Assembly (NCBI RefSeq): GCF_006345805.1
Contig: NC_043005.1
Location: 34,348,001-34,412,000, forward strand
Length of the DNA: 64,000 nt
From: Octopus sinensis
Taxonomy: Eukaryota
Direction of reading: 5' to 3'
The notes under the pieces were generated by a model that was given only the letters and a program-made list of their open reading frames with translations, was not told where the DNA came from and searched no databases. Position numbers and translations under genes: made by a program. Each line of letters opens with the position of its first letter. Position 1 is the first letter of the stretch. Shown in pieces: positions 1-14,890 of the stretch.

Positions 1-1310
<1,310 letters not shown>

Positions 1311-4300
1311 AAACTTGTTCCTTCAATCAAAGTATTTAAAATGTTCAAGACGTGAGATTTTGAAATATATAAGTTTGCAATATCCTATTGTAAAGTATCT
1401 TAACCACGGTTATAGCTAACCTCTAATACTTTGTCTTCTTGATTAGTTAGCTGCAACAAAATATTTTCTTTGAAAATTCTAAATTTAAGTCTTGTCAAGG
1501 TCTAGTTAAATGTATACTATAATTTATATGACAGTCATCTGTATCTTTGCTGCAGATGAACACATTCTCAAACTACACCTACTTTCTTAAAAAGAATATC
1601 TTAATGTAATTTATGCTGGTCTTTTCCTGAACAAAAAATGGGATGGTCATGACTTGGTTTCTTTTCATCCTTGGCCTCTTTAACTAGGATTGGCTTGGAG
1701 CTAAGCAACAACAAACAAATCCTTCTGTTGTAGAAAATTTTTTTTATTTATTGAAGAACAAAAAAAAATTTTTTTAATTCATCTGTTAGTGCTTAGCAAA
1801 TTAATAAATCTAAAGAAATTCTGAATAATTCCTATATTTTAATTTTTGATTTAATCAATTTTTTTTTTACATAGAGATTACATTTTAAAGATTGATTTAT
1901 AATTTCATATTGATGTTTCAGTTTTTCATACATTATTTTTGCATCTTATATCTATTAGTTTAAAAATCAAACGAATCTATGGATATATTCTATAGAAGAT
2001 TATAACAACAAAATGAAACAAATACTGGTAACACATCAATAACTTAATGTCCAATCTTGGTGCCATAAGAATGTTAACTATGCTAATTGGTCTATCCGGT
2101 TTACTTTAACCTCTAATATTAGTGAACTTATAAACAATGTGTTAGTGAATATATAAAGTTGGTACGCAACTGTTCACTCCAGAGAGAGTGGAAAGGTCCA
2201 TTTCTCTCTTTTTGTGTCTGCACACACATACTGTATAGATGAATTGTTATAACACAGTGTTGGCTAACAAAATATCTATAAATATGATCTATATTACACT
2301 ATAGCAATGTAATAAAACATTGTTTATGCATCTGTAATTATCTTTTTTGCAAAAGACTATTATTGTCTGTCTGCCTGTCTCTCCTTCTCTCTTTCTCTCT
2401 CTCTTTCACACACAAACACATGCATACATATGAATACACTTAGCCTTTCTGTGAAGGACTTTGCATTTTAATTGTGGTCAGAAACTAATCTCTCAGCTTC
2501 AAATTTTCTTTAACTCTCTTTAAAGCTACTAATGTAATAAAAGAACATAATATATGATTAAAATCCAAATTCATCACAGAATTTGATTGATATCACTATA
2601 TTTTATATGCAACAAAATGTTACAAAAATGTCTTACTTCACCTAAATTAGAAAATTTGATACTTTGGTACATTGAGCTTAATTTGAGTTTAATATGACTC
2701 AGAGTCATGCTAGCCTAGTTCTTGTTATGGATAGCTTATTGCAGGCTAACATGTAATTAATACACACCTCTATTTGAGATTTTGCAGTGGCAATGATATA
2801 ACTTTTTCACTTCATCTAGTCAAGTAATCCTAAAATATAATCTTTCATTCAAACACACCACCATACATGCAAAAACATTCACATACTCTCATGCACTTGG
2901 AATGCGGATAAATATTGAATGTACTTGTAATGAATACATTATTGTATTTTTTTGCAATGTTCTCAATAATTGTCAGTGTTTGAATTGTTCCATATTTATA
3001 GCTATGATAAAATATTTATGCACTTAACACTATCTTGTAATCCTTTACTAGATCAATATCTGTACACACCAATGCTCTTCATTAATATTAGCAAAGTTGC
3101 CAAGAAAACATTTAGTCATACATGATTTCATAGTTTTTATGAATTTATATAATATGGTATATTGTATGATGAACAAAGCGTGATATCTATGGCTAATATA
3201 ATATTGTTGAAACCAATGTTATTAGAATGAAGTGATATAAATAAAATTATAATAACAATAGTTTTGACCTTTATAAGACCTTCAGATGTAGAGTATGACT
3301 TTATTCTTTTATTTTTTTTACTAGAATTGTATGTAGGAATTCAGTGCTGCATAAACAATCTAATGTGGGTATATATGTCTTAAAGCTAGTAATAATGTAT
3401 TGTGTAAACTGAAAACTAGATTGTTTCATATACATGAACCAAAATCTGTTGACAAAACAGTTGGGAAGACCCTAAGCTTTACCAATGATGAAAATATAAT
3501 TAAAAGTTGTGATTTGTTTATTTTATTATATTCTTTTTGAAAGATTAGAAACCTTTATCTCTGTTTTGCATTGCTTTAAATACACAATGTATTCTGAATA
3601 AAGCTTGCATTATGAAAAACAAAATGATATAACTTACTTAGTTTTTACATCATTACAGGTAAGATAGGTTGTTTATTCAGTAGACCATCAGACATTGCTC
3701 TCCCAGTGCTAGTAAACCCATTCTCCTTTTCTCTATATAATTTTCAGCATTGGGTGCCTGCCTGGTTAGCATTAGAAAGGGCATCTGACTATAAAACAAT
3801 GTCACACCATATTTGTTCAAGCATGGAGAAATGGAGATAAAATAAAGGCATGAATCTCTGAACTATCCACTTCATCCCTCCATCTTCTTCATTGTCATTC
3901 TTTGTTTCTTTTGTGTTGCATCGGAATGAAGTGTGTCATCTTTATCATGAACCTGTTGTAATGCATCCTCTGGATGCATCCAGTTTTATGAACTTAATCC
4001 TGATATGTAGTTTTGTTTTGTTTTTGGATCTATTTCATTGTTTTATGATTCTTCTGCACTATTCCACACATAATTTATTTGTGACCATATTGAGTTGTTT
4101 ATAGCCTGTTTGTTTGGTTCCAACTAAAAATGATACAAACAGAGAAAGAAAAATAAATAATACAGCAAAATACTTCAGATTGGCAAGCCTTCAGGGGAGT
4201 AATTACTATTTTTAGAAGCATAATGCGACCAAGAGTTGTTTAGATGAAGTGAATATTGTATATTGTCCATAAACACTGAAGGAAATTTAAGAGTATGCCT

Positions 4301-5544
4301 GTTATTTAAAAAATGTGTGTTATTATTTAGCCTTGTGTTTTCATTGGTTGAGCAGACCTTATAGTCAAAGGTTTTCTAGTAGCGACCATCTAGTCTTTTC
4401 AGGCATAGTCTTTAGTTATCCACTATATTCTTCCTTTTCTTAATGACAGTAGATTATGGCTTAAGATATTTCTAGTAAGTCAAACAGAGGCTTTCTCATT
4501 GGCTGTTAGACTGTCTTTAATTTTACAAGTTAGTGAGATAAGAGTAATATAAGTAAAGTATCTGATATAGCATGAATGAATACAGTATAAACTTTAAAAT
4601 TTAAAGCGCTTAAAAATTTTTTAAATTGGTGTTTAAGTGAATTTATCAAAAGTTTTTCTTTTTGGATATTGAATAATGAAATTTATAGACAACAATTGTA
4701 CTAGCTATGTATTCTGAACTATTCTATAGTGATTTTTATTTATTTAGCCTACTGAGATTTGGACATGTAAATCTGAGCACATAAACATGTATAAGAACCA
4801 ACATAAATAAAATTAAACTTGAATAAATGTTTTATTTTCACTTTACATCTAATACAGAAGGTAATTGAAAAGATGCAGTCAGGTTTTGATGTGATAAGAA
4901 TCTTCCCCTTTCAGCTATTATCAGTTTCTTTTGGAAATAAACAAATATTATTATTGCAGACCTTATACTATTAAAGGTCATTGTTTCAAGTTGCGGCTAT
5001 TTTACTATTACCGAAACTATCCATATGGCCATTTAGATAAAAGAAACAAATCTGCTTTTTATCATGAGTGCTTATAAGCTCTTTCATGCTTGTTGCAGCA
5101 GTAAAGCATCATGACCAAACTTCTGTCATATGTCAATCATTGAATGGAAGCATGCCTTTATTAAGAGATAATACTATTTTTGTGTTTACAAGTATTTATC
5201 CAAATACCATTGTAATCATATACAATTGGAGTAGATTGTATGATGATATTTTTGCATAATTAATTAGCATTAACAGTCTCTTAAAACTTAAATCTTTGTC
5301 CCAAACACAATTAGAAGTATATTTAATGGAAGACGGCAATGGATTAACCATTAGTTTTAATAATGAGTGTTTAAGTGTTAGATTAACTGAACTCCTGCTG
5401 AGATAATTACATGTAAGTAGCTGAATATTCCACAGCCATATGGAATGTGTTCCTTTAATGTAAATGTCAGGGTCAGTCAGTATGACAAAACATGGTGAGG
5501 CTGGACCTTTGAATTAGAGATACAATCAATCTGAAAGAAAGAAA

Positions 5545-5695
5545 GAGGGAATTTAATCCCAGCAGTGGACTAGTAGTTTATTGACCTTAAAAAGATGAAA
5601 GGCAGTATTGAATTTGGCAAGATTTTAACTCAGAGTACAGAGAGCCGGAAAGAATGCTACAAGGTATTCTATTTGATTGTTATCATTCTGCTAAT
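5545..5695 (-). mobile_element. Degraded tRNA-derived SINE (Nin/Deu-like core)
   Basis: Reverse complement reads ...ctctgagttaaaatcttgccaaattcaatactgcctttcatctttttaaggtcaataaa..., matching the better copies at 27496 and 34376. Confidence 0.6.
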
Positions 5696-5869
5696 ATGAC
5701 ACTTTTTCAATGAAAGTTATTTGTTTGATAAGAATACTTTTTAATTAATCAGTATTATATTTTTATTGACATCCCCCCAAAAAACAACATGAACTATCTC
5801 AATGGATCATTTCAGGTAAAAGCTCTTGGTAAGCACATAGATAAAAGCAATATTTAATCAAACACTTTT

Positions 5870-6245
5870 TCACGCCTGGTTGCGTCAGGTCCAATTCATT
5901 GAGGCAGATTTCCTACAGTCAGACACACTTCCTGTCACCAACCCTCACCTGTTTCCAAGAAAGGTAATATTTCCTCATGGTCAGACATGTTTTTCATGAA
6001 AGATTAGAAATGTACAACCTCACTAGCATGATGATGATAATCATTCAGAACCATTGCATGATGTCAAGATAAGGGTACACATAAAAACACACACATACAT
6101 ATGATGGGCTTCTTTCAGTTTCCATCTACCAGATCTATTCATAAAGCTTTGGTCAGCTTATGACTATAATAGAAGACATTTGCCTAAGGTGCCTCACTAT
6201 GGGATTAAGCCCAAAGCCACATGGTTGGGAATCAAGCTTCTTTAT
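5870..6245 (-). mobile_element. Composite tRNA/CORE-like SINE with (GT)n linker and RTE-like tail
   Basis: Head and core homologous to 42000-42125, 45545-45720 and 59300-59460; tail has the ggttggtgacaggaag motif shared with RTE 3' ends. Confidence 0.65.
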
Positions 6246-6269
6246 TCCCAACACACAGATATACATTAT

Positions 6270-6505
6270 CATGTCCAGTAAGTTCACCATCATCAATTCA
6301 CTGCAGGGAAAGTTCACTGGTTTTTTTCAATAAAATAGTTTTTAACTATTAATGGTGAGATACAATGGATATATTTTCTTGGTAAACTTTCCTCATGGTG
6401 AATTCTCTTCATGGTGAATTGACAGTGGTGAACTTTTCCTGTGGTGAATTTATGGTGATGAACTTTCTTTGCAGTGAATTGATGGTGGTGAACTTACCTG
6501 TAACC
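6270..6505. mobile_element. MULE-type MITE, 236 bp
   Basis: ~45-bp TIRs (gtaagttcaccatcatcaattcactgc / gcagtgaattgatggtggtgaacttac); perfect 9-bp TSD atacattat at 6261-6269 and 6506-6514; internal ggtgaac/ggtgaatt repeats. Confidence 0.75.
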
Positions 6506-7249
6506 ATACATTATACACACATTCACTCATAAATTTATTTTATAGAAAACAATGTGTAAAGAATTAACCTGACATGACAATTAAAAACTGGAGAGTAAAC
6601 CATAACTCATTTTTGAAATATTGAATTATGATTGTTATTATTGTTGTTACTTAACTGTACATTATTTCCGACTGAGTTTCTCTAACCATGGCCATCCTAT
6701 CCAGTTTTTTCAGACAACCTATCTCAGATTACATTATCCAGTATGTCTTTCCTCCCACCTTTTTATGTATATTTTTAAATGATGTAGTAGGCTTTGAGGG
6801 AAATTTGGTTGCTATTTCTAGCTGGTCACCCAACCTCAAAGAGGCTCCCTCAATAGCTCATTAATGTATGATTATTTGATGTGGTTAAATTTTACATCAG
6901 TTGCCACAGTCATTTTAGACACTGATCAACTCATTGACCTGGAAGTCTATGGTGCTTTTAGTACTCAGGATCAATTATTTATGGTTTATTATTAAAATGC
7001 ATTTGTAAAGTAAGCCTGTCCATTAAAAGAGTTTACTAGACAGAATGATCTAAAAGAAATTTTGAATATGTTTCTATTAACTCTGCATTGATAATTATAG
7101 CTTTAGGTACATGCCTGATAGCATCATGCTTCACTGTAGCTTATTATTATTTTACAAACTGTGTTTCTCCATTTGATTATTTATCAAATTAAAGCATCTT
7201 GGTACAATAATAAGATAATGTAAATTATGAAATACTTTGTCTCCTTATA

Positions 7250-7410
7250 GAAAAAAATGAAGTGGGAACGTTCCAGTGGATATGTGTATGAATAACATTG
7301 TATAATTAAGCTAAGAAGAAAACTAGGTGTCAAAAGGAATCAAATGTAGTTTGTCTAAGAAAAGACTGCACTGGTATGGACATGTGATGTGTCTGAAGTT
7401 TGACATAAGG
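7250..7410 (+). pseudogene. Degraded RTE ORF C-terminal fragment
   Basis: Translates in pieces to LRRKLGVK...KRLHWYGHVM, parallel to LREKLDLRGI...RRLRWYGHVV of the 60618 ORF. Confidence 0.6.
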
Positions 7411-7448
7411 AAGTTTTAAAGCACACAAAGTGAATTAAATCTGTGGAA

Positions 7449-7662
7449 TAGTGAAAACTGTTCCCAAAGTAGTGAAAACCAAAATAGTGAAAACCATTCC
7501 CAAAGTAGTGAAAACCGTTCCCAAAGTAGTGAAAACCGTTCCCAAAGTAGTGAAAACTGTTCCCAAAGAAGTGAAAACTGTTCCCATAGTAGTGAAAACC
7601 GTTCCCAAAGTAGTGAAAACCGTTCCCAAAGTAGTGAAAACTGCTCCCAAATTAGTAAAAAT
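7449..7662. repeat. 21-bp minisatellite, ~11 units (gtagtgaaaaccgttcccaaa)
   Basis: agtgaaaac recurs every 21 bp from 7450 to 7654, with one 15-bp short unit. Confidence 0.95.
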
Positions 7663-8395
7663 TGTTCTTTCATCCCCAAGTTGCTTCTTTGTCTATCCAT
7701 TATACCCCTCACTCTCTTTCTACTTTAAAAACCACTGACCATTTCTATGACTGTCCATTATTTTTTCCAACTCTCTCTCCCCACCAATATTCTCTATCTC
7801 TCTTATTACACCTGCCATCACTATCTCTTTAATATTACTGTTCCTCTTCCCTCCTTCTAGCACTGTCTTTTTCATTTCTCTCTCTAGTCACTCTGTCTCC
7901 TTGCCATACTCTTACTTCTTTTCCCCTTCCCACTCTGGTTTATCTTTCATAGTCACTCTCTGTCCTGCTACCCACTCTGTTGATCATGTTGTCCTGAATG
8001 GAGACCTCATGCAATTGCTGTGACCCCTTTTGCCTTGCAGGGTAAAAGGCAACCTAAAAAGTGCTAGTGCTGTAATGAAATGTTTCCATTACACTCTGTA
8101 AAGTAATTAGTGAATGAGATAAGACAAAATAGTGTTGAAAAGTCCCTTTCATCTTGTCTTTCTGTGGAAAATTGACTCCAGGACTTATTTTCTAAGTACT
8201 TATTTCATCAGTTCCTGTTGCTGAACTACTAAGGACATAAAGACACCAACATCAGTTGTCAAGCAGTGGTGGAGGACAAACACAGACACAAAGACACACA
8301 CTCTGGTTGTGTGTGTGTGTATCAACATCATTATTACTCATTAAGATGGGTTTGAACCATGTCTGTCTCATGTTCTATATGTGTGCATGCACATA

Positions 8396-9706
8396 CAAGG
8401 AGGTACCCAAAAGAAACCGAAATTTTGCAATATTATTTTACCCACTTAGTTTTACATGTTTACACTTTTACTGCCTTCAAAGTATTCTCAATTAGAAGCA
8501 ATGCATCAGTCCAGATATATTTTCCACTGTTTAAAGTAGTCTTGGAACTCTTGCAAAGTGATGCCTTTTGATGCCTCTGTTGTTTTTTTCTTCACCTCTT
8601 CCACATCTGCAAAACATTTTCCTTTAAGGACTTTTTTCATTCAGGGGAACAAAAAAATGTCACCGGGAGCAAGATTGGGTGAATAGGGAGGGTGGTTAGG
8701 CAGGGCCATGTCATATTTGGTCAAAACCTGTCTCACACTTAATGCAGTGTGTGCAGGCACATTGTCATGGTGAAACCACCCTCTCCACTTTGTCACAAGT
8801 CAGAGTGTTTTCATCTCATCACTTCTCACAAATGCTTCAGAATTGTCAAGTAAAATGTCTGGTTAACAGTTTGACCAGGAAGAAAAAATTCTGTGTGGAC
8901 AATTCACTTCACATCGATGAAACAAATCAGCATCATCTTGATATTGGACATCACTTGATGTGCTTTTGGGGGGCATGCTGATATTGAATGCTTCCATTGA
9001 CTTGATTGCTACTTCGCTTCCAGGTCATAGCTATAGCATCAGCTTTTGTCACCAGTGATGATCTTCGAAAAATGGTCTGTATCAACTTCCAACTGTTCTT
9101 TCAGTTCACAACATGCCTTCAGCTGTAACTGCTTTTGATCTTCTGTGAGCAAGCGAGGCACAAATTTTGCTGCAACTCTTTTCATTCACAATTCCTCGCC
9201 CTAAATTCATTGGCAGGGGCTGCAGGACATGCCAGTCATATCAACAAGTTCGTCAATTGTTTTTGGCAACTCCAAGATCAGTTCATGAATTTTTATGTTT
9301 TCATCCATTTGAGAGGTTGATGGTCTTCCTGAATGAGGTGAGTCTTCAAGTGACAAGTGATCATTCCTAAAGCCTGAAAACCACTCATGAACTTGTGTTT
9401 TGCTCAAGCAGTGAATTTGTAAGATGTTTGAGGCATGATGACTATTTCTGCTGCTGTTTTCCCTGGCAGAAAGCAGTATTTCATGGAAGAATGCTGTTCC
9501 TTTGTTTCAGCCATTGCAAAAATCATTGAACAAGGGAGAAGCACTGCAATACAGAGATGCACCATGTGGCAGTACTACTTCACTTGCCAATACTGGTTAG
9601 CAGACTGATGCCTGAGGGTCACATCACGTGGCTTCTAGCTTCAGAAGCTTGAACTACAACAGACTTGTCCCATAGAGAATATTTCTGGTTACTTTTGGGT
9701 ACCCCT

Positions 9707-9709
<3 letters not shown>
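8396..9709 (-). mobile_element. Mariner (DD34D) transposon remnant with both TIRs
   Basis: TIRs caaggaggtacccaaaagaaacc / ggttacttttgggtaccccttcg; minus-strand KTQVHEWF..F..DSPHSGRPSTS HTH segment; HHD-x34-D with HPPYSPNLAPGD; frame broken. Confidence 0.9.
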
Positions 9710-9742
<33 letters not shown>

Positions 9743-10016
9743 ATGAAGTTTGAGTATAAAAGGTATTCACTAACCAGCTCATTAACTGTAGTGTCAAATC
9801 CATTCTAGGTACATTTTGGCATCTCTGAACAGGCACTGCTTCAGTATAAAAGTCTAAATGTTTTATTGTGGCTAGGGGAAATATAATTTCAATGATCTTG
9901 AGAGAGTTAATGTCTTAGACAAACATTTTACATAGGAGTTTTGTCTCTCATTGGCTTAAAGTTTAGGAAAGTTGTTCTATAGGTTTACAAAAAAAAGACT
10001 TTATTTAGATACATAT

Positions 10017-10400
10017 GTGGAAGCACTCCGTTGGTTACGGCGATGAGGGTTCCGGTTGATCCGATCAATGGAACAGCCTGCTCGTGAAATTAACGTGTAA
10101 GTGGCTGAGCACTCCACAGACATGTGTACCCTTAACGTAGTTCTCGGGGATATTCAGCGTGACACAGAGAGTGACAAGGCCGGCCCTTTGAAATACAGAT
10201 ACAACAGAAACAGGAAGTAAGAGTGAGAGAAAGTTGTGGTGAAAGAGTACAGCAGGGATTACCACCATCCCTGCCGGAGCCTCATGGAGCTTTAGGTGTT
10301 TTCGATCAATAAACACTCACAACACCTGGTCTGGGAATCGAAACCGCAATCCTACGACCGCGAGTCCGCTGCCCTAATCACTGGGCCATTGCGCCTCCAC
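10017..10400 (-). mobile_element. Full-length young tRNA-derived SINE, 384 bp
   Basis: Minus-strand A box TGGCCCAGTGATTAG and B box GTTTCGATTCC; perfect 12-bp TSD ttagatacatat at 10005-10016 and 10401-10412; CpGs largely retained. Confidence 0.9.
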
Positions 10401-11994
10401 TTAGATACATATATTATATTTGGATACATATATCACCATCATCATTGTCATTATCATCATCATCCTTCTTCACATCAACATTTTAACATTTGTGTTTCTA
10501 TGTTGACATTAGATATTCATTGGATGATATTTAACTCACTTTCTTCGACCTTTGGAGATTTTCTAACTCAGTGCTTGTGTTTTTCTACTCTGTAGCAGTA
10601 TACTCTTCATACGAACTTCTATAATCTACCTTTTGCACAAGCGAAACCCTTGTTGCTACACTAAAGAGATCCTTTATTTCATAATCTCATTACTCAAGAA
10701 ATGCTAGCCTTAAGAACTATAAGAATCAATGCTGATTCTTGCCTGTAACTCCTGTTCTTCACTGAACTCACATCTTGTCCCAAATTTGTTTACTTACACT
10801 CTCAACAACTATTCACATACATCTATTTCCTGCAGTGTCAGTGGGAGGTCTTGTCAAAATTTCTGCAATGGCAAATATAGACTAGTTTGTTCTGCACTAA
10901 AAACTTCTATTACATCTTATCTGAACAAACTCTGTTTTGTATTAACATTATCAAAGACAGTTCCTATATAATATTGTATACCGGTTTTTATATTACATAA
11001 TAAATGAGAACACTTCTTGGGAGGCTTAGTGTTCAATCTAGCAAATGTATTTAGACTTTCAGCAAGAATTATGAATTAAAAACCTTGGAGCAGTGTTAAG
11101 AAGTACTGAAGATTATATGTTAGTATGGTCATGCAGAATATTATATTGTGTGTGTATGCATGTGTCTGTGTGTATTAGGAATCAGTTAATGATTTACTTT
11201 GTAACAAATATATATGTGCTTGTACACATAGAGAACATGAGACAGACATGGTTCAAACCCATCCTGGAAGGCAGTAACTTTTAATTAGTAATAATGATGT
11301 TGACACTCACGCACACACATACGTGCAGAGAGAGAGAGGAGAGAGAGAGAGAGAGCCAGACAGACAGAGTGTGTGTGGTCAGTGTGCAGTGGCTAGGCCA
11401 GTTTTAATTGCTGGAAGCAAGTCAGGTGATTGAACATGTAGCAGGCCAGGAATATTGTTGTTACTAGCTAAAGTACTTTGGTGTAAAGCTAAACCCTCAG
11501 TCCAAATGTAAAGCCATCAAGAGCCAGCTGCTCTGCACCACTTATTCCATAACACTTGTCAAATTGATAGACCATGTCAGGTGTATGGAAGCTTTGCAGG
11601 AGTGATTTTCTCCTATGATAACAATTAGATAATATCTCTGATTTCCAGCTAAGTGTTAATTAATATTGCTGTTTCAAGATCTGCAGTTTTTCAGTAAGGT
11701 TTAGTCTATAGTTTTGGGATCTGTAGCTTCGCCAATGATGTTCTATGACATGGAGATATGCTTTTTAATCTGTGGCCCCTGAGTTTCCAAACAAATTTAG
11801 ACAAGAAAATAGTGTTTATCTTGTTGCTAACTTGAATGGGTTTAGAGGTTGGTAATATTGGCTTTTGACTGCATTCACAATGGGTCCTGTATGATTTCTT
11901 TCAGTGCCATTCTGGAGTGTTATAGATACTCTCTCTCTCTTTCTGTTTCTCTATCATTCACACACACACTCAAAGCATTGGCATTTGGTATCCT

Positions 11995-12263
11995 AAAACC
12001 AAAGTGCCATGTAAAAAGCATTGGTATTTGTGCCACGTAAAAAAGGGCTGATGATAGTGCCATGTAAAAGAACAGGTGATGGTACCATGTAAAAAGCATC
12101 CAGTACACTCAATAAAGTGGTTGGTACTAGGAAGGGCATCTAACTGTAGAAACCAAGCCAAAACAGGCTATAGAACCTGGTGTGACCCCTGGCTTTGCCA
12201 GCACCTGTCAAGCTATCCAACCCATGTCAGCATGGAAAACAGATGTTAAATGATAATGATAAT
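11995..12263 (+). mobile_element. RTE 3'-tail element with ~25-bp reiterated gtgccatgtaaaaagca motif
   Basis: Core gtggttgg..taggaagggcatc..ctgtagaaacc...catggaaaacagatgttaaatgat(aat)n parallels 63200-63372. Confidence 0.8.
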
Positions 12264-13646
12264 GATACATCACCACTTTAGTGAAGTTAGATCCTCTAAC
12301 TGGTCAGCTTGATGTCTGCAACTACAAGCTAGCTGTTGAGGCTCGAATCTGCCTAGGTGTGTGTTACAGGTTGTATTGTGTATAGCTGGGGTATATTGTC
12401 TTATATGTGATAGTAAGTTTTATACATGAAAAAGTATCTTAAAGTAGAAGCTATTTTTAAAATATTCATCAGCTGAACACTTTAAAAATGAACAAGAGTA
12501 AATATATACTATATTGAAATAGTTTTAAGAATATCCAGTTTTAATTTACTATACAAAGTATGCAAAATGCTAGATTGGTGCTATTGAAAATATATTTTTT
12601 TAGAGTTTACCATTCCAGTATTATATTATATTAGAGCTATTTACAGTTTGTGTTATTTTATTTCATTTACTAAATTTATTTAGGATAAAATAAAAAGAAT
12701 CTCAATAAATTATATTATGCTAACTTAAAATTATATTGCAATAATTTCCTTTGTAACAAATAAAGGTATGTTAATGGTATTATTTAATTTATGGCTTAAA
12801 ATAACAAAGGATAAAGAAAGTTTTAAATAGTGTATGAAGTATATTGTTGCTCTCACCAATCATCAATAATGTAGTTCTTGATTGTTTGGCCTACAAAAGA
12901 CAGTAGCGCTATGCTGATTGGTGAGCTGTGCAGTCACCAAAAGCATTGCTTACTGGCTATGCCATCTTTAGCTTAGGGATTTATAGCCAGATAAAATAAT
13001 GTTGATTGCTGAACTGTCAGTCAAGTAGGTTGAAAGCTTTATTTAGGAACTAATTCTGCTTGTATTCCAAACATTTTTATTTGTAGCCATATGTGGCACT
13101 GTAAGCTGTGATGCAGGACATGGCAGTGCAACTTGTATTCATCAGATCACTGCCAATTAACTACATCATTGGTTGCTTTCAACATCTATATTTTCTAATT
13201 ATGCTGAATGGAAACAAACTGAAATGTGTACCTGGATTAATATTTTCCCATACATACCTGTATGTATTTTTTCTTCCTTATATCTGTCAGATATTGTTTG
13301 GTAAATGGCCATAGTTTGCCTCAATTCTTTAGGAATTAGATGCAACATAGCTCGACAGGTAGGTTATTTTCATTACAAATTAAAAACATTACAAATGAAA
13401 AATATCTCTCATTATACTAAACTTCTTTCTAATTATATTTTCTCAATCATTAATAAGATCTGCTCTTTTCATTTGTCAATTAAAAATAAAATTCGAAACA
13501 CTTATGTAAAATTTGTTATTTTTGTAACAATATTTCAATATTCACTCATCATATGAAAGCCATCTGTTTTTGTATTTTTTAATCAGCCAGACAGGTTAGA
13601 ATATACATACATGCATAAATATGTATATATATATATATATATATAT

Positions 13647-14000
13647 GATTGTCCAAGGGCATTTTTACAGCTATATCTGATAACGGTTATTTTCAATACT
13701 TTTCTCGCTGGATTATGTGTTTGTTTCTCTTTTGGTCATCAGCAATTTTATTTTTGATCTTTTATATAAATGAAGATATTTCCTCCGTCTGGCTGTTTTT
13801 CTCTCTACAAAACGGAAAGTTACATTATAGAACAGTTATTTTTACGAGTTGTATTTATTTATTTATTCATCACCCGATGAGATACATCTGAACCAGTTAT
13901 TGAGTGTCCCACACAAAAAGAATTGATGCTAGATGTGTTGAAACAATTGTCGTGATTAATAATAAATTCTCATATATTCCATCTTCTGTCTTTCATTTGT
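13647..14000 (+). mobile_element. Penelope-pLTR-like / retrozyme-like unit between (TA)n arrays
   Basis: T-rich ~350-bp unit bounded by TA arrays; tatataaa at ~13763, hammerhead motif, AATAAA at 13961-13966 immediately after it. Confidence 0.6.
13863..13962 (+). ncRNA. Type I hammerhead ribozyme motif (two core substitutions)
   Basis: Stem I ttattcatcac/gtgattaataa (10 of 11 pairs); core CCGATGA 13874-13880; stem II gatacatctg/tagatgtgtt; GAAA 13940-13943; palindromic stem III ACAATTGT; GUC triplet, predicted cut after 13951. Confidence 0.8.
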
Positions 14001-14261
14001 TATGTATATATGTATATGTATATATATATATATGTATTTATATGTATGTATTTATATTTATATTTATATGTATGTATTTATATTTATATGTATGTATTTA
14101 TGTGTATATGTAGGTATATATATGTATTTATATGTATATGCATGTATATTTATATGTATATGCATGTATATATGTATATATATGTATATATATATATATA
14201 TGTATGTATGTATGTATGTATATATGTATATGTATGTATGTATATATGTATATATGTATAT

Positions 14262-14400
14262 GTAAAGGTCTTAGTTGCCAATTTTGTACAAGACATTGTA
14301 GATCTTTAGCTGGGCTAAAAAGTCACATTCGATCACAGCACCAGTGACAGTTAAGCTTTGTGCAATGGCCATACTCGATAACGAGGGGGCAGCCATAAAA
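14262..14400 (+). mobile_element. 5'-truncated RTE (RTE-1/BovB-like) 3' end with C-terminal C2H2 finger
   Basis: CQFC-x12-H-x4-H then stop, short UTR ggccatactcgataacgagggggcagcc, then an A-tail running into (TA)n. Confidence 0.7.
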
Positions 14401-14409
14401 AAAAAATAT

Positions 14410-14430
14410 ATATATGTATGTATATATATA

Positions 14431-14477
<47 letters not shown>

Positions 14478-14890
14478 GACTGGCCAGACTGGAGCAATCT
14501 CAAGAATAATATATATGTATATATATGTATGTATATATATATATGCATATATATGTATGTATATATATATGCATATATGTATATATATATATGCATATAT
14601 GTATATATATATATGTATATATATGTATGTATGTATACATATCTATATATATATGTTTATATATATATATGTGTATATGTATGTATATATATGTATGTAT
14701 GTATATATATATATATATTTGTATATGTATGTATATATATATATATTTGTATATGTATGTATATATATATATATATATTTGTATATGTATGTATATATAT
14801 TTTTGTATGTATATATATGTATATGTATATGTATATATATGTACATATATCTATCTATCTATCTATCTATCTATATATATATATATATAT
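14410..14890. repeat. Compound (TA)n/(TATG)n/(TCTA)n array (with flanking arrays at 14000-14260 and 15310-15538)
   Basis: Directly visible. Confidence 0.95.

Noticed and set aside
7451-7738. KTVPKVV-repeat protein
   Set aside because: A 21-bp unit keeps frames open on both strands; no ATG start or splice context.
14262-14347. C2H2 finger as a member of the cephalopod ZNF expansion
   Set aside because: Single finger with no TGEKP linker, followed by stop, short UTR and A-tail; fits an RTE C-terminus.
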